Below are positions 46,701-55,941 of a stretch of 64,000 nt of DNA, piece after piece. The DNA lies in assembly GCA_050486305.1 (NCBI GenBank), contig JBJHDA010000001.1, forward strand, positions 435,071-499,070, in the 5' to 3' direction. The DNA comes from Candidatus Saccharimonadota bacterium. GTDB taxonomy: Bacteria; Patescibacteriota; Saccharimonadia; Saccharimonadales; SLHW01. The position numbers and the translations under genes were made by a program. Within the stretch, counting starts at the first letter, position 1. The number at the start of each line of letters is the position of its first letter. A model generated the notes under the pieces. It did no database searches, had not been told where the DNA came from, and saw nothing but the letters and a program-made list of their open reading frames with translations.

Positions 46701-46845
46701 CATCATCTAGCCTGCCAACCAATGCCACCTCGCTGTATTCTCGCTCTCCAGAGCCATCTGGCCCGATGTCTGGCCCAAACAGCACTTCCCAGCCAAGCTC
46801 ACGTAATGTATCTAGTGCTGATTGTTCAATCTTGTCTTCTGTCAT
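43741..46845 (-). CDS. hsdR: Type I restriction enzyme, R subunit
   Basis: 1034 aa. N-terminal PD-(D/E)xK region (DIVLFVNGLPLVVIELK), helicase motifs HTQGSGKS and VIADEAHRSQ, and a typical C-terminal helical domain. Confidence 0.92.
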   Translation of the reverse strand: MTEDKIEQSALDTLRELGWEVLFGPDIGPDGSGEREYSEVALVGRLDDAVARINPSLTETDRQEAIKKTLRSNSPDLVLDNHAFHKLLIDGVHVEYRDNDGTIRTQVVKLFDFDQAQYNDFVAVNQFTVVEGEHNRRPDIVLFVNGLPLVVIELKNAASEKANVKRAFNQIQTYKDQIGSLFRFNELCVISDGHEARLGTISAQLERFMPWKTIEGEKLKSNVPQLDVMLRGVFDKSRLLDIVRHFIVFEREGLKEEKYIKKVAAYHQYWAVNKAVASTKKSAQPDSDHRAGVVWHTQGSGKSLSMVFYAGKLILSSELKNPTLVIVTDRNDLDGQLFNTFASCQDILRQKPKQATTRKQLRELLDRDAGGVIFTTIQKFSPGEDEDHLPTLSERTNIIVIADEAHRSQYGLKARIRQSDAQLVYGYAKYMRDALPEASYIGFTGTPIEQDDRSTPAVFGNYVDIYDVHQAVEDKATVPIYYESRLIDLGLDEETKQWLDKEVGDLLEGEEATRQQKLKAEFAQKEAIVGDSDRLQLIAEDIIKHFEGRLEAIDGKGMIVTMSRRIAADLYEKIIQLRPEWHKDDIDEGFIKVIISGSADDEGSLQKHIHSKDKLGRLAERMKDPSNDLKLVIVCDMWLTGFDVPNLHTMYLDKPLKGHTLMQAIARVNRVYPGKEGGLVVDYLGVAAALREALNDYTESGGEGQPALDITEAVALMKQKFEIVQNLFYGFDYMRYFTADTNEQLQIILDAEEFILAQENGMKRLKQHVLELSKAFALAMPHEEAVAIREQVAFFQAVKARLDKVDRRGGPTDDDYRLAIRQIVDKAITPVGVVDIFSAAGLDKPNLSILSDEFLEEVRSMQRKNLAVEALQKLLNDEVKAKFSKNAVRERQFSEMLEETLTRYRNQTIEAAQVIEELIELAKKIRTESEAGRVEGLNEDEVAFYDALIMNESAKEVMQDAQLRELAQMLVQKIRKNVSVDWQVRESAQARLRIEVKKLLNQYGYPPDQQKMATDLVLEQANLFGDDWSREVAK

Positions 46846-47885
46846 TCTATCTCTCTCAGTCCATAGTATACATCGAAGCGCTCCTTCTCCTTATCATCTA
46901 GTTGGCCTATGAAAAAACTAAACAACTCTAAGGCAAGAGATTTTACATCCTCGTCTAATCCTATACCGTAGACCTGATTGTTTGTCATCATTGCATCCTT
47001 GATCGCAGCTAATTCTTCTTGTCGGTAAAAATCTAGGCTATCGTGAATTCTGGTAACTACATTGTGAGTTGAACTAAAACTCCCTGAAGCCTGCAGGCTG
47101 CTTGGATCTTCAATGAGCAAAGAATCCGATGTTTTTATAATCTCTTTACTTGTAGCGTCTTGAAGCACAAGTGTTGAATATTCTTCATAGTCAAACTGGC
47201 TAACAACATCAGTGTTTCTGTTGACCCAATTATCCCTCAGTATAGCCTCAGGTTGCTCTAACTCATTTCTAATAGCACCGACTGTGTAGTCATCAAAAAA
47301 CACCCTGCTTAGTTCTTTCGCTATCTCATCCGGGCTTAAGCAAATTATTTCTTGCCTGTTTTTGTAATACTCTTTAAGTCTACCGTCCATGCAAGCTAAA
47401 TAGTATACATCGTATGTTTTTTGCTTCAAAAAATCATCGATTGTGCATGCTATAAGAGCATCTTTTATGCCTTTGTCGGAGTTATTTTTACCATTACTGT
47501 TTCGCATATTAAACGGTGGATTGCCAGGAATTACCCATTTGCGAATTTTCTTGTACGCCTCCACAGGATCTTTGATGTCAATCACCTGGTACGGTATATC
47601 CTCCATGATTTGTAGTTTACGAACATGTTCTTGCTCGTTTACAGTCTCCAGTGCAGTCGTGTCAAATCCGAGCATTGGTAGCAAAGAATTTCGCTTCAAT
47701 ATATTTAAATTTTCTTGAATACCCTCGGTCTTCTGCTGCACTAATTCATCGATAACAATTTGAGGCATGTATATCGTTGCCCGCTGGGATATTTTGATTA
47801 GTGTATCTCTTCGGCCGAAAAAAGCTTGCTGCGTACGATCTGCGTAACATGAGTTGGTATCAAAGATGACTGCAATTTTCGACAT
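46842..47885 (-). CDS. PIN-like (DUF4935-like) domain protein embedded between hsdS and hsdR
   Basis: N-terminal IAVIFDTNS, QIVIDELVQQ and DKGIKDALIACTI give the ordered acidic residues of PIN-like nucleases. The C-terminal ~170 aa is unknown. It overlaps hsdR by 4 nt. Confidence 0.5.
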   Translation of the reverse strand: MSKIAVIFDTNSCYADRTQQAFFGRRDTLIKISQRATIYMPQIVIDELVQQKTEGIQENLNILKRNSLLPMLGFDTTALETVNEQEHVRKLQIMEDIPYQVIDIKDPVEAYKKIRKWVIPGNPPFNMRNSNGKNNSDKGIKDALIACTIDDFLKQKTYDVYYLACMDGRLKEYYKNRQEIICLSPDEIAKELSRVFFDDYTVGAIRNELEQPEAILRDNWVNRNTDVVSQFDYEEYSTLVLQDATSKEIIKTSDSLLIEDPSSLQASGSFSSTHNVVTRIHDSLDFYRQEELAAIKDAMMTNNQVYGIGLDEDVKSLALELFSFFIGQLDDKEKERFDVYYGLREIE

Positions 47886-47891
47886 GTTTTT

Positions 47892-49055
47892 TCATACCTT
47901 TAATTCCCCGGATATTAAGCGTGGTAAAAGTGAATCACGTAAGCTTGAGAGAATAGCTATATTATTTATATTCAAAATAATCTGATCTACGATATCATCG
48001 AGTTGGCCAACTTCTTGTTTTTGCTCTTTTGGTATAAAAATCTTCATATGATCAATAGACTTTCCAGCGTGTTTAATTGTAGTACCCGTTGAATACACGT
48101 CTATCACCCTTTGAGTAGTCGGTGATTTCATATAAAAATATATGTACCCGCTAGAAATGCTTTCGTGCTTTGAGGTAATTTTTTGAATCCCACTAGAGTA
48201 AGCTCCTTCATATCCAACCCTGACCATACCGGGTGCACCATCAAATGAAACTAGTACATTGTGTTTATTTACAAAGCAGCCGTTTGCTATATCTTTTTTT
48301 ATGTAAACTTCGGATCCTTTATTTGTTAAATCACCTACTCGGTAAAAACTAATTGTGTCTTCGTGGGGCTCCGCTTCATATTTTTTTGAGCCAGGCTCAA
48401 TCCCTCGTTTAAAATTTAATACATCTTTTGCGGGCTTACCTTCAAGCTTCTCAGTCTCAGGATTGTCGATGAAGTAGTGCTTGAAGAGGGCTTGGCCCAT
48501 TTGCTCCAGCGTTTCATTCATTTGCCGATTCAATTCAATCTTTTCATTAATCTTGCCTAGAATTTCTACAATCTTTTGCTGCTCTTGTAGTTTGGGGAGA
48601 ATAATCTTAATAGTCTTTACGGCCTTGGTCGGGGTAGCTATCGATGGTACACCAACCTGTGCAGCATGCTGCATTAACTCATGCTGACCAATTGCGGATT
48701 TCATATAATAAAGTAGGTATCTCGGATTTACCTTGTTCTTATTTAGAGACATCCGTAACTGTGATTGTGAAGCTAAATAGTAGGGATACTTTCCATGCGG
48801 GACAATACTCACTTGCCCAAGAGTTCCACGATGGGTAACAACAATATCATCAGGATATGCAAGGCTACGTTTTAACGATCGCGCCTTCTCTTCGCTAACA
48901 AATGAGAAATCACCACCTACTTCATATCCGTAAAGATTCCCGCCTTTAATAACAGGAACACCCGCCTCAATGAAGTTATCTGCTTTGAGATTTGATCCAA
49001 AAGGACCCATCGCAAGATCGACAAGCAAATCTCCAAGCAAAACAGTCTGAGTCAT
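47892..49055 (-). CDS. hsdS: Type I restriction enzyme, S (specificity) subunit
   Basis: Two target-recognition domains separated by conserved helices (LPEQQKIVEILGKINEKIELNRQMNETLEQMGQALFKHYF and a C-terminal LRDSLLPRLISGEL). Confidence 0.88.
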   Translation of the reverse strand: MTQTVLLGDLLVDLAMGPFGSNLKADNFIEAGVPVIKGGNLYGYEVGGDFSFVSEEKARSLKRSLAYPDDIVVTHRGTLGQVSIVPHGKYPYYLASQSQLRMSLNKNKVNPRYLLYYMKSAIGQHELMQHAAQVGVPSIATPTKAVKTIKIILPKLQEQQKIVEILGKINEKIELNRQMNETLEQMGQALFKHYFIDNPETEKLEGKPAKDVLNFKRGIEPGSKKYEAEPHEDTISFYRVGDLTNKGSEVYIKKDIANGCFVNKHNVLVSFDGAPGMVRVGYEGAYSSGIQKITSKHESISSGYIYFYMKSPTTQRVIDVYSTGTTIKHAGKSIDHMKIFIPKEQKQEVGQLDDIVDQIILNINNIAILSSLRDSLLPRLISGELKV

Positions 49056-49444
49056 CTTGACACCCTCCCTGCTTTCTTGGCGAGCTTTGTAAATTTCTTC
49101 TGTTCGTCCATAAGTACTTCTGGATTTTTTACATAATGACTTGCTTGACGTTCGTGTTGCTCAAAGTCGAGTGCAGTTTCTATCCCACACTGACGGCAGA
49201 AGTGGCTTAGTGTACCTGCAGGCTTATAGTACAAAGAACGAACTTCGAATTCCTTACCCTCCAGTACAATAAGTGCAAAATGTGGGCACGCGTTTTTGAG
49301 TTTGATTAGGTTGTTCGAATCACGTCTTTCGAGAAATTTATTTATGTCAAAAGATATCCTGATTGCAATTATTGATACGACCGTCAAAATGAACAGCCCG
49401 ACGAACTGCCAAAAAGTCAGGCCCGTATTAAAGATCCCGTTCAA
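49052..49444 (-). CDS. Small membrane protein with a Cys/His cluster (embedded in the R-M operon)
   Basis: N-terminal TM helix (LTFWQFVGLFILTVVSIIAI), then ACPH...HFCRQC (Zn-ribbon-like). Overlaps hsdS by 4 nt. Confidence 0.5.
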   Translation of the reverse strand: MNGIFNTGLTFWQFVGLFILTVVSIIAIRISFDINKFLERRDSNNLIKLKNACPHFALIVLEGKEFEVRSLYYKPAGTLSHFCRQCGIETALDFEQHERQASHYVKNPEVLMDEQKKFTKLAKKAGRVSR

Positions 49445-49472
49445 AGCTTACTCCCGCGCAAAACAGTCTGCG

Positions 49473-49976
49473 TCATTTTTTCTTCTCCCATTTCTTCGTA
49501 GGAAATTGACTAAAATACGGTCCACGCAAATCAGATAATTTATCAAGTTCAGCATGGATTCTAATTTGCTGCTCGGCATGATTTTCTGCTTGTTCGCCGA
49601 CATCAAAAAATTCCCCACCGTACAAAATACCTTTACCTCCAATGTATGTACCGTGCGCAAACATGTTACGAATTTTTAACCAGTTCTTAAACAATGACTT
49701 ATTCAGCTTGTTTTTGTCACCGAGCAAGCGTTTATAGATTTTGGCCAAGATGTTTATTTTGGTATCTAGTGATATGCCTCGGCCGTTCATCAAATCGTAC
49801 ATAAATGCTAAATAAATAGGCTGGTAGTCCGCGTTTGGGCAGCGCGTATAAAACTCTGCCACATAAGCGTTTATCATGTGTTCTATGGATGTAGCTTGCG
49901 TTATAACCCTTCCGATTAATGCCTGATCCATAATAAGCTTGGAGGTTAAATCATCTGACAAGTCAGCCTTGGTCAT
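49473..49976 (-). CDS. HEPN-motif protein (Abi-like, putative RNase) embedded in the R-M operon
   Basis: Rx4H motif in KIRNMFAHGTY within an all-helical-looking ~167-aa protein. I prefer the ATG at 49976, with GAGG 6 nt upstream, over the ORF-track start at 50015. Confidence 0.5.
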   Translation of the reverse strand: MTKADLSDDLTSKLIMDQALIGRVITQATSIEHMINAYVAEFYTRCPNADYQPIYLAFMYDLMNGRGISLDTKINILAKIYKRLLGDKNKLNKSLFKNWLKIRNMFAHGTYIGGKGILYGGEFFDVGEQAENHAEQQIRIHAELDKLSDLRGPYFSQFPTKKWEKKK

Positions 49977-50511
49977 TTTTCGCCTCGATACTGTTACGGT
50001 GAGCATTTTTTGCACTTAACAGAAGACTGTACTCTTTCGGCTTCACTTGAACGTCGTAATCGTTGATAAGGGGCCTCATGAGGCGAATTGCTCCGCTTCT
50101 CAACCCTCGATTAGATAATCCAATATCCCGCCTCATCTCTCTGAATACATTGGTCATTAAAACCATGGTGTAAAATCCATTGCCGGGCTGATCGCTCCTA
50201 TATGTATTTTGCAGCATATCGGAATATGCGTTAATTACTCTCGGCGCAGAGTAAAGCACTGCGGTTTTGTGAAAGTCTTTCATTCTCTTAACGATATCTT
50301 TTTGTTGCTCTGGTGTAGCTCCTGTTTTTTGATCTTGTACGTCGGCTAGAAACTGCAAGATAAAGTTTACATACTCCTGGTACATCTCTCGTTTAATCTC
50401 AGCATTCCTAGAGCTGAACTGCGCCTTCTTGTCTAGCGAATACTTAATCAAGTAACCAACTATACCACTTGATATAATGCCGACAAGAGTGAGCCAATTT
50501 TCTGTTGTCAT
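49963..50511 (-). CDS. Single-pass membrane protein of unknown function (embedded in the R-M operon)
   Basis: N-terminal TM helix (WLTLVGIISSGIVGYLI). The remainder looks helical with no known motif. ATGA overlap with the upstream gene. Confidence 0.5.
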   Translation of the reverse strand: MTTENWLTLVGIISSGIVGYLIKYSLDKKAQFSSRNAEIKREMYQEYVNFILQFLADVQDQKTGATPEQQKDIVKRMKDFHKTAVLYSAPRVINAYSDMLQNTYRSDQPGNGFYTMVLMTNVFREMRRDIGLSNRGLRSGAIRLMRPLINDYDVQVKPKEYSLLLSAKNAHRNSIEAKNDQG

Positions 50512-51188
50512 TCGTTGCCTCTTTTCCTAAACCTGACACTAAGAAAGCCAAAACTCAATTCTGGAGTAATCTCAATTTTTCGTAACAGTCGAAATTTTCT
50601 TTTTGAGTCTTTCACGCTGCTACGAGTTACGTTCAGCAAAGTTTCTGAATTATAACCTTGGGTTGTTATTGCTCCTGATTCGACTGCTCCAAAATCATTG
50701 CCGGCATATTTTATCTTGTGCCTCTTTAGCTCGGATTTTTCGATACTTCCAAATACGAGCATATGGCCATAACCAAGATCATCAAACGCCGCCTTAATGC
50801 CAGCGAGGAATATACCGCCTATATCTTGGCGGTAGATATCCGGAATATTTTTTTCTGTAGAAGGTAGCGTTGAAACATAGCGCATGTGTTTGGCTATTGC
50901 GGCACACAGTTCAATAAACCTTTTGGGGCTTGGCTCGATTTCTAATCGCTCGAATACTAGAGCTGTCTTGCTGTGATTATCGAGCTCTTTAGTGTTTTTA
51001 GTCGGGCATTTTTCACCCATTAATCGCCAAACGTTTTGATACGATGCGCTGATAACATCTGCGAAACGTCCGTAATCGAGCAATGAATATTCATTAAAGA
51101 GCGAGTTCTTGATTCGCTCGAATGCATCAGGCGTCATCGGATTATTGACAGGTTGGCTCGGTAAGTCTGCAATTTTTTTATAAATCAT
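50508..51188 (-). CDS. Hypothetical protein (first gene after hsdM in the R-M operon)
   Basis: 226-aa ORF overlapping the hsdM stop by 11 nt. No recognisable motif. Confidence 0.5.
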   Translation of the reverse strand: MIYKKIADLPSQPVNNPMTPDAFERIKNSLFNEYSLLDYGRFADVISASYQNVWRLMGEKCPTKNTKELDNHSKTALVFERLEIEPSPKRFIELCAAIAKHMRYVSTLPSTEKNIPDIYRQDIGGIFLAGIKAAFDDLGYGHMLVFGSIEKSELKRHKIKYAGNDFGAVESGAITTQGYNSETLLNVTRSSVKDSKRKFRLLRKIEITPELSFGFLSVRFRKRGNE

Positions 51189-52668
51189 AACCGATCTTCT
51201 TCAGGCTGTCTTTTATCTTCTGCTCTAGCTCATGGCTTTGTTCGAATTGCTGCTTTAGGTCGGTTGTGAGACGCTGCATTTTCTCGTTGAATGCTTCGTC
51301 GTCTTCTTCTACTTCGGCCGCGCCAACGTAGCGCCCTGGGGTGAGTACATGGTCGTGTTCGCGGATCTCGTCGAGTGTGGCAATTTTGTAGAAGCCAGGG
51401 ATGTCTTCGTACTTATCATTTTGGTCACGGAAGTTGTGATACACCTGGGCGATTTCGGCTATTTCATCTTCTGTAAGCTGGCGGTTGCGGCGATTGATCA
51501 TCTCGCCTTTTTCGCGGGCATCTATAAATAGTGTTTTGCCAGAGCGGTTGGTGCGATCTCTAGCGACAAACCATAGACAAGCAGGAATACCTGTGTTGAA
51601 GAAGAGTTGTGGCGGTAGAGCTACCATGCAGTCAACGAGGTCAGCCTCAACAAGGTTCTTGCGAATCTCACCCTCCCCTGATGTGTTGGAGCTCATAGAG
51701 CCATTAGCCAAGACAAACCCTGCTATACCCTTAGGGCTTAAGTGATGGATGAAGTGCTGTACCCAGGCAAAGTTGGCGTTGCCCTTTGGCGGGGTTCCGT
51801 ATTTCCACCGAGAATCGTTTTGCAGTAATTCGCCACTCCAATCACTCACGTTAAATGGCGGATTGGCGATGACGTAGTCGGCCTTTAGATCTTTGAGCTT
51901 ATCGTTGTGCAGGGTATCGCCATACTGAATGTCGGCATCTATGCCGCGGATGGCCATGTTCATCTTGGCGAGCTTCCAGGTGGTCTGGTTCGACTCCTGG
52001 CCATAGACAGCTATGTCGCCCAGACGGCCTTCGTGCTCCTCAATAAATTTTTCGCTCTGTACAAACATACCACCGCTGCCACAACACGGGTCATAGATTC
52101 GCCCTTTGTAGGGCTGGAGCATTTCGACTAGTAGCTTGACGATGCTTTTTGGTGTATAAAATTGACCGCCACGCTTGCCTTCTGCATCGGCAAACATGCC
52201 AATAAAGTATTCGTAGATACGGCCAAGCATGTCTAAGTTTTTGTGGCCGGTGCCATTTAGACTGACGCTACTGAACGTGTCTATAAGCTCACCGAGGCGA
52301 CGCTTATCCAACGCTTCGCGGGCATAATTTTTCGGCAGTACACCTTTGAGCGAGGGGTTTTCGCGCTCGATAGCATCCATGGCATCGTCGATTAGTACTC
52401 CGATATTGGGTTGTTTGGCATTGTCTTTGAGGAATGACCAGCGGGCCTCTTTTGGCACCCAAAACACGTTTTCGGCAGCGTACCAGTCGCGATCTTCAGG
52501 ATCGTAGTCTTCATCTACGGCTTGTTTATAGCGTACTTCAAACGAGTCTGAGATATATTTAAGAAAGATGAGGCCCAGCACCACGTGCTTGTACTCGGCT
52601 GCATCCATATTGTTGCGCAGCTTGTCTGCTGATTGCCAAAGTTGCTTTTCTATTTGCTGTATATCCAA
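51178..52668 (-). CDS. hsdM: Type I restriction enzyme, M (N6-adenine DNA methyltransferase) subunit
   Basis: HsdM N-terminal domain ([32 protein letters not shown]), SAM motif [10 protein letters not shown], and catalytic NPPFN. I prefer the TTG start at 52668, with AGGAG 7 nt upstream. Confidence 0.9.
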   Translation of the reverse strand: MDIQQIEKQLWQSADKLRNNMDAAEYKHVVLGLIFLKYISDSFEVRYKQAVDEDYDPEDRDWYAAENVFWVPKEARWSFLKDNAKQPNIGVLIDDAMDAIERENPSLKGVLPKNYAREALDKRRLGELIDTFSSVSLNGTGHKNLDMLGRIYEYFIGMFADAEGKRGGQFYTPKSIVKLLVEMLQPYKGRIYDPCCGSGGMFVQSEKFIEEHEGRLGDIAVYGQESNQTTWKLAKMNMAIRGIDADIQYGDTLHNDKLKDLKADYVIANPPFNVSDWSGELLQNDSRWKYGTPPKGNANFAWVQHFIHHLSPKGIAGFVLANGSMSSNTSGEGEIRKNLVEADLVDCMVALPPQLFFNTGIPACLWFVARDRTNRSGKTLFIDAREKGEMINRRNRQLTEDEIAEIAQVYHNFRDQNDKYEDIPGFYKIATLDEIREHDHVLTPGRYVGAAEVEEDDEAFNEKMQRLTTDLKQQFEQSHELEQKIKDSLKKIGYDL

Positions 52669-52781
52669 CGTAATACTCCTGGTTATAAGTCGCTCAGTCA
52701 ATCTGACGTTGCAGTGTAAGAATTTTAACATCTTATAAGGTGTTTTTCCACGCTCAGAGGCTAGCCTTAGTTTGTAGTAGA

Positions 52782-53498
52782 ATGAACCTAATGGATAAGT
52801 TATCAAAATCTGCTCATCAATGGGTCAGAGAAAATCGTAAAAAACTACTACAAGAATTTTGCTCCGACACTATTTATAAATCTCAGGGACAGCCTTCAAC
52901 CATATTCATGGCTGGTACTCCTGGAGCGGGAAAAACAGAATTCTCAAAAAAATTGATCGAAGAGTTCCCGGTAAAGATGGTACGTATTGACGCTGATGAA
53001 ATCAGAGAGCTAATGCGCGACATCGGCTATAACGGTGCAAACGCAAAAGTATTTCAGACTGCTGCAACGAAAGGCGTTAACCAACTTTACGATCAAGCGT
53101 TAAAGAAAGGATATAGCGCAGTCGTTGATGGGACATTTTCATATGGGAGCTGGAGAGAGAACATCGATAGATCTTTAGGTAGAGGCAGACTAGTTGAGAT
53201 TTATTACTTATATCAAGAACCGGAAATTGCTTGGGATTTTGCAAAAAGGCGCGAAGCAAATGAAGGTCGAGCAGTCCCAGCAGAAACATTTATCGATGCA
53301 TATATTAAATCAATAAGAAATGTAAATGAAGCGAAGCGCATATTCGGGAACAAAGTCAAAGTAAATTACGCCGAGAATGACTATCGAAAAAATGTCAAAA
53401 AAATCGAGCTTGATATCGATAATGTTGAAAGATATCTACCTAAAATATATAATGAAGACGAGTTAAAAGGTTTGTTGCATGAAAGAAGCAGTTCGTAA
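52782..53498 (+). CDS. Zeta-toxin-family P-loop kinase
   Basis: Walker [15 protein letters not shown] followed by RIDADEIRE, typical of zeta toxin/AAA_33-like kinases. Start uncertain (52782 or 52791). Confidence 0.65.
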   Translation: MNLMDKLSKSAHQWVRENRKKLLQEFCSDTIYKSQGQPSTIFMAGTPGAGKTEFSKKLIEEFPVKMVRIDADEIRELMRDIGYNGANAKVFQTAATKGVNQLYDQALKKGYSAVVDGTFSYGSWRENIDRSLGRGRLVEIYYLYQEPEIAWDFAKRREANEGRAVPAETFIDAYIKSIRNVNEAKRIFGNKVKVNYAENDYRKNVKKIELDIDNVERYLPKIYNEDELKGLLHERSSS

Positions 53499-53637
53499 AC
53501 TATTTGGAAAGCGCAATCAGTATTATTCTTATACTGATTTTTCTTTGCATGCCTCAGATTCCGAAAAAAAGCGCTTGATGGAGAAAACTCTACAAGAAGC
53601 CAATAAGCTACAAAAAGAAACGGCCGGAATTAAATAA
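53479..53637 (+). CDS. Small ORF (52 aa) overlapping the 3-prime end of the zeta-toxin-like gene
   Basis: An ATG at 53479 overlaps the zeta gene end by 20 nt in another frame. Peptide [52 protein letters not shown]. Not in the ORF track. Confidence 0.3.
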   Translation: MKEAVRKLFGKRNQYYSYTDFSLHASDSEKKRLMEKTLQEANKLQKETAGIK

Positions 53638-54283
53638 TATTCTTGTGTGATTTTTTGGTGACAATAATGTGATAGGTGAGCTCGATGCCGAGTAGCTCAG
53701 CAGCTTTTTCTAGTTTTCTAGAAATCGTTTCATCAGCAAAGCTTGGTGTTGTGTCGCCGCTTGGGTGGTTGTGGGCGACGATAATGCTGGCTGCTCGATC
53801 AGTAATTGCATCAGCGAAGACTTCGCGGGGGTGGACTAGGCCGCTAGTGAGTGTGCCTATGGTGATCGTGCGCTTCTCAATCAATCGATTGGCGCCGTCT
53901 AGTGTCATGACGACAAAGTGTTCTTGTCGCTTGTCCCGAATATCAGCCAACTGTTCTACTGCTTTGTCTGTGCTGTCAATAATCGGCTTGTCACCATCGA
54001 CTAAATATCGCCTGGACAGCTCTATTGCCGCCAGAATTTCAGTAATCTTTGCCGAGCCAAGTCCAGTCACGTTATTAAGCTGCTCGTAAGTAATGGTTGC
54101 GCCGTGTTTCTGGAACAACTTTAGTGTATCTTTAGCAATTTTACCAACATCTGCTTGCTTATTCCCGCTACCAATTAGCGCCTGCAGAAGCTCAAGATCA
54201 GATAAGTTTTGCGCACCCTTCGCAGCAAGCTTCTCCCGCGGACGGTCACTTTTATATAAATCAACAATACGCTTATGCTTCAC
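53630..54283 (-). CDS. radC: RadC-family JAB/MPN domain protein
   Basis: N-terminal HhH region and JAMM motif HNHPSGDTTPS. Confidence 0.85.
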   Translation of the reverse strand: MKHKRIVDLYKSDRPREKLAAKGAQNLSDLELLQALIGSGNKQADVGKIAKDTLKLFQKHGATITYEQLNNVTGLGSAKITEILAAIELSRRYLVDGDKPIIDSTDKAVEQLADIRDKRQEHFVVMTLDGANRLIEKRTITIGTLTSGLVHPREVFADAITDRAASIIVAHNHPSGDTTPSFADETISRKLEKAAELLGIELTYHIIVTKKSHKNII

Positions 54284-54321
54284 ACCCTCGACTATATCGA
54301 ATAAACCGTCTCACCCAAAAC

Positions 54322-54406
54322 TAAACACGCAAGTCGACTTGCGTGTTTAATAAAAATAAAATATAAAGATAAAATTATCGAGCGAGCCCTGAGCCTATCC
54401 AGGCTC
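54322..54406 (-). repeat. Composite post-gene element (inverted orientation): TAAACACGCAAGTCGACTTGCGTGTTTA palindrome plus GAGCCTGGATAGGCTCAGGGCTC motif
   Basis: Palindrome at 54322-54349, centred on AGTCGACT like the one at 39524-39551. The mini-hairpin motif at 54384-54406 (minus strand) matches 39492-39510. Confidence 0.7.
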
Positions 54407-54689
54407 GTAAAAACCGATGCAGCCAGTCAGGCTACTAGCGAATAAAGCCGGAATCACGGTCTTTTTGCTCCGCTAAAGAATTCAAAAAGACCAATCCCTT
54501 TAGGGTTGTTGTTTCGGCGCTTTAGTAGCCTGGTGCTTGGTTGCAATAGGGTTTTTACGTCGCCTGTCGACTTTGGTGCTACCGTTTGACGAAACAAATG
54601 GTAGCTAAAATTGTCGCCTGCGTGGCGAAACCCCACAACAGCCCTAGGGTTATAGAAGAAACTATTCTCGCTCGTAGAGCGACCCCTAG

Positions 54690-55856
54690 CTATTTCTTGA
54701 CAACCGAAGCCACACGCTGGTGGCGGACGGCGGCAGATAGGCGGACCACGAGGGCACCAAGACCCAGTGCACCGATTACCAGCGAAGCAAATACCGATAC
54801 AACCGGTATGAGGTTAATTGCATACAGCGCAACCAGCCCGACAATGAAGCTGACAAACAGGCTTGGCGTCTTTTTATTACCGAAGCGGGAGAGAAGAATC
54901 CATCCCAGCGCGATACCAACGATGAACTTACTGATGTATAGCCCGACCGCAAAGGCAACCCATAACAGGATTGCAAGCGGAATACCAAATACCGTAACCA
55001 TCAATAGTGTGCCGAGCGGTATGGTAACCAGCATGGCAACCAAGCCCCAGCCAAAGCTAGCGAGCGGACGGTTCCGTACAACTGCTGCAACATCGGCTAG
55101 CGGCCGCCGGGCAAGCAACAGCAACACTGCCCCGACTAACAGCGCCGAGATGAATGACCACAGCGTAAAGACGTAGCGACCAACGCGCCAATCACCTACA
55201 CCGCCGAACCGCTCAAGCCCGCCTGCACGCGTCAACTCACCAGCAACTTGCGCGCCATCGGCAACCTCTGCATCTTGATCTGACCGATACTCGACATCAC
55301 CTGAAATAACTGCGCCTTCGTTTATGCGTAGCCGCTCTGCAGAAATCTTTGAATCGGTACCGATTGCACCGTTAATAGTAACCCGTGAACCGAAGCCGGT
55401 TACGCCGTGCGTAACCGTGCCGTTTACCGTAATGCTCTCGCCAAAGTAGACGAGCCCACGGCCAATCGTGCTATCGGACGCCAGACTCATGGTAGAGCCA
55501 AAGAAGGTAACGCCCCCGCCAACTTCTGCCGAGGAAAGGCTAAGTGATTGCCCGGCAGCGCGCACGCTCCCGCCGACATCGCCGTTAACCGTTATGGTAG
55601 AGCCGGCTACAATCAAATCACCGCCAATCTGCCCGTTAACGGTTATCTGCTGCCCTGCAGCATACACGTCTCCCTCAACATCACCGTCTATCTGCAGAAT
55701 GTTTCCTGCTATGAATAAATCGTCCTCGATAACTTCATCGCTGCTAACGGTAACGTTATCGTTTGACCGGTACTCTGCCGCCCGAGCCGTGCTAACAAAC
55801 CCGATAAACCCTAATGTAACCACTGCAAGAACCGTCAGAACCAAGAATTTCTTCAT
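54690..55856 (-). CDS. Membrane protein with an N-terminal bactofilin-like beta-helix repeat ectodomain and a C-terminal polytopic domain
   Basis: Signal/TM segment, then many (V/I)NG.(I/V).GD(L/V) repeats (polymer-forming cytoskeletal / DUF583-like), then about 5 TM helices. Start moved to MKKFLVL (55856), with GGAGGG upstream. Confidence 0.6.
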   Translation of the reverse strand: MKKFLVLTVLAVVTLGFIGFVSTARAAEYRSNDNVTVSSDEVIEDDLFIAGNILQIDGDVEGDVYAAGQQITVNGQIGGDLIVAGSTITVNGDVGGSVRAAGQSLSLSSAEVGGGVTFFGSTMSLASDSTIGRGLVYFGESITVNGTVTHGVTGFGSRVTINGAIGTDSKISAERLRINEGAVISGDVEYRSDQDAEVADGAQVAGELTRAGGLERFGGVGDWRVGRYVFTLWSFISALLVGAVLLLLARRPLADVAAVVRNRPLASFGWGLVAMLVTIPLGTLLMVTVFGIPLAILLWVAFAVGLYISKFIVGIALGWILLSRFGNKKTPSLFVSFIVGLVALYAINLIPVVSVFASLVIGALGLGALVVRLSAAVRHQRVASVVKK

Positions 55857-55941
55857 GCCGCCCTCCTTCATGTAAATGTAATTTGTCTTATTTATATTTT
55901 ACACCATTCGTCCATCATTACCCCTATAAACAGCCCAAAAA

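Noticed and set aside
54586-55176. 196-aa plus-strand ORF, with others at 55468-55875 and 54776-54988
   Set aside because: They are antisense or alternate-frame to the beta-helix membrane protein gene, which has a signal peptide, regular repeats and TM helices.
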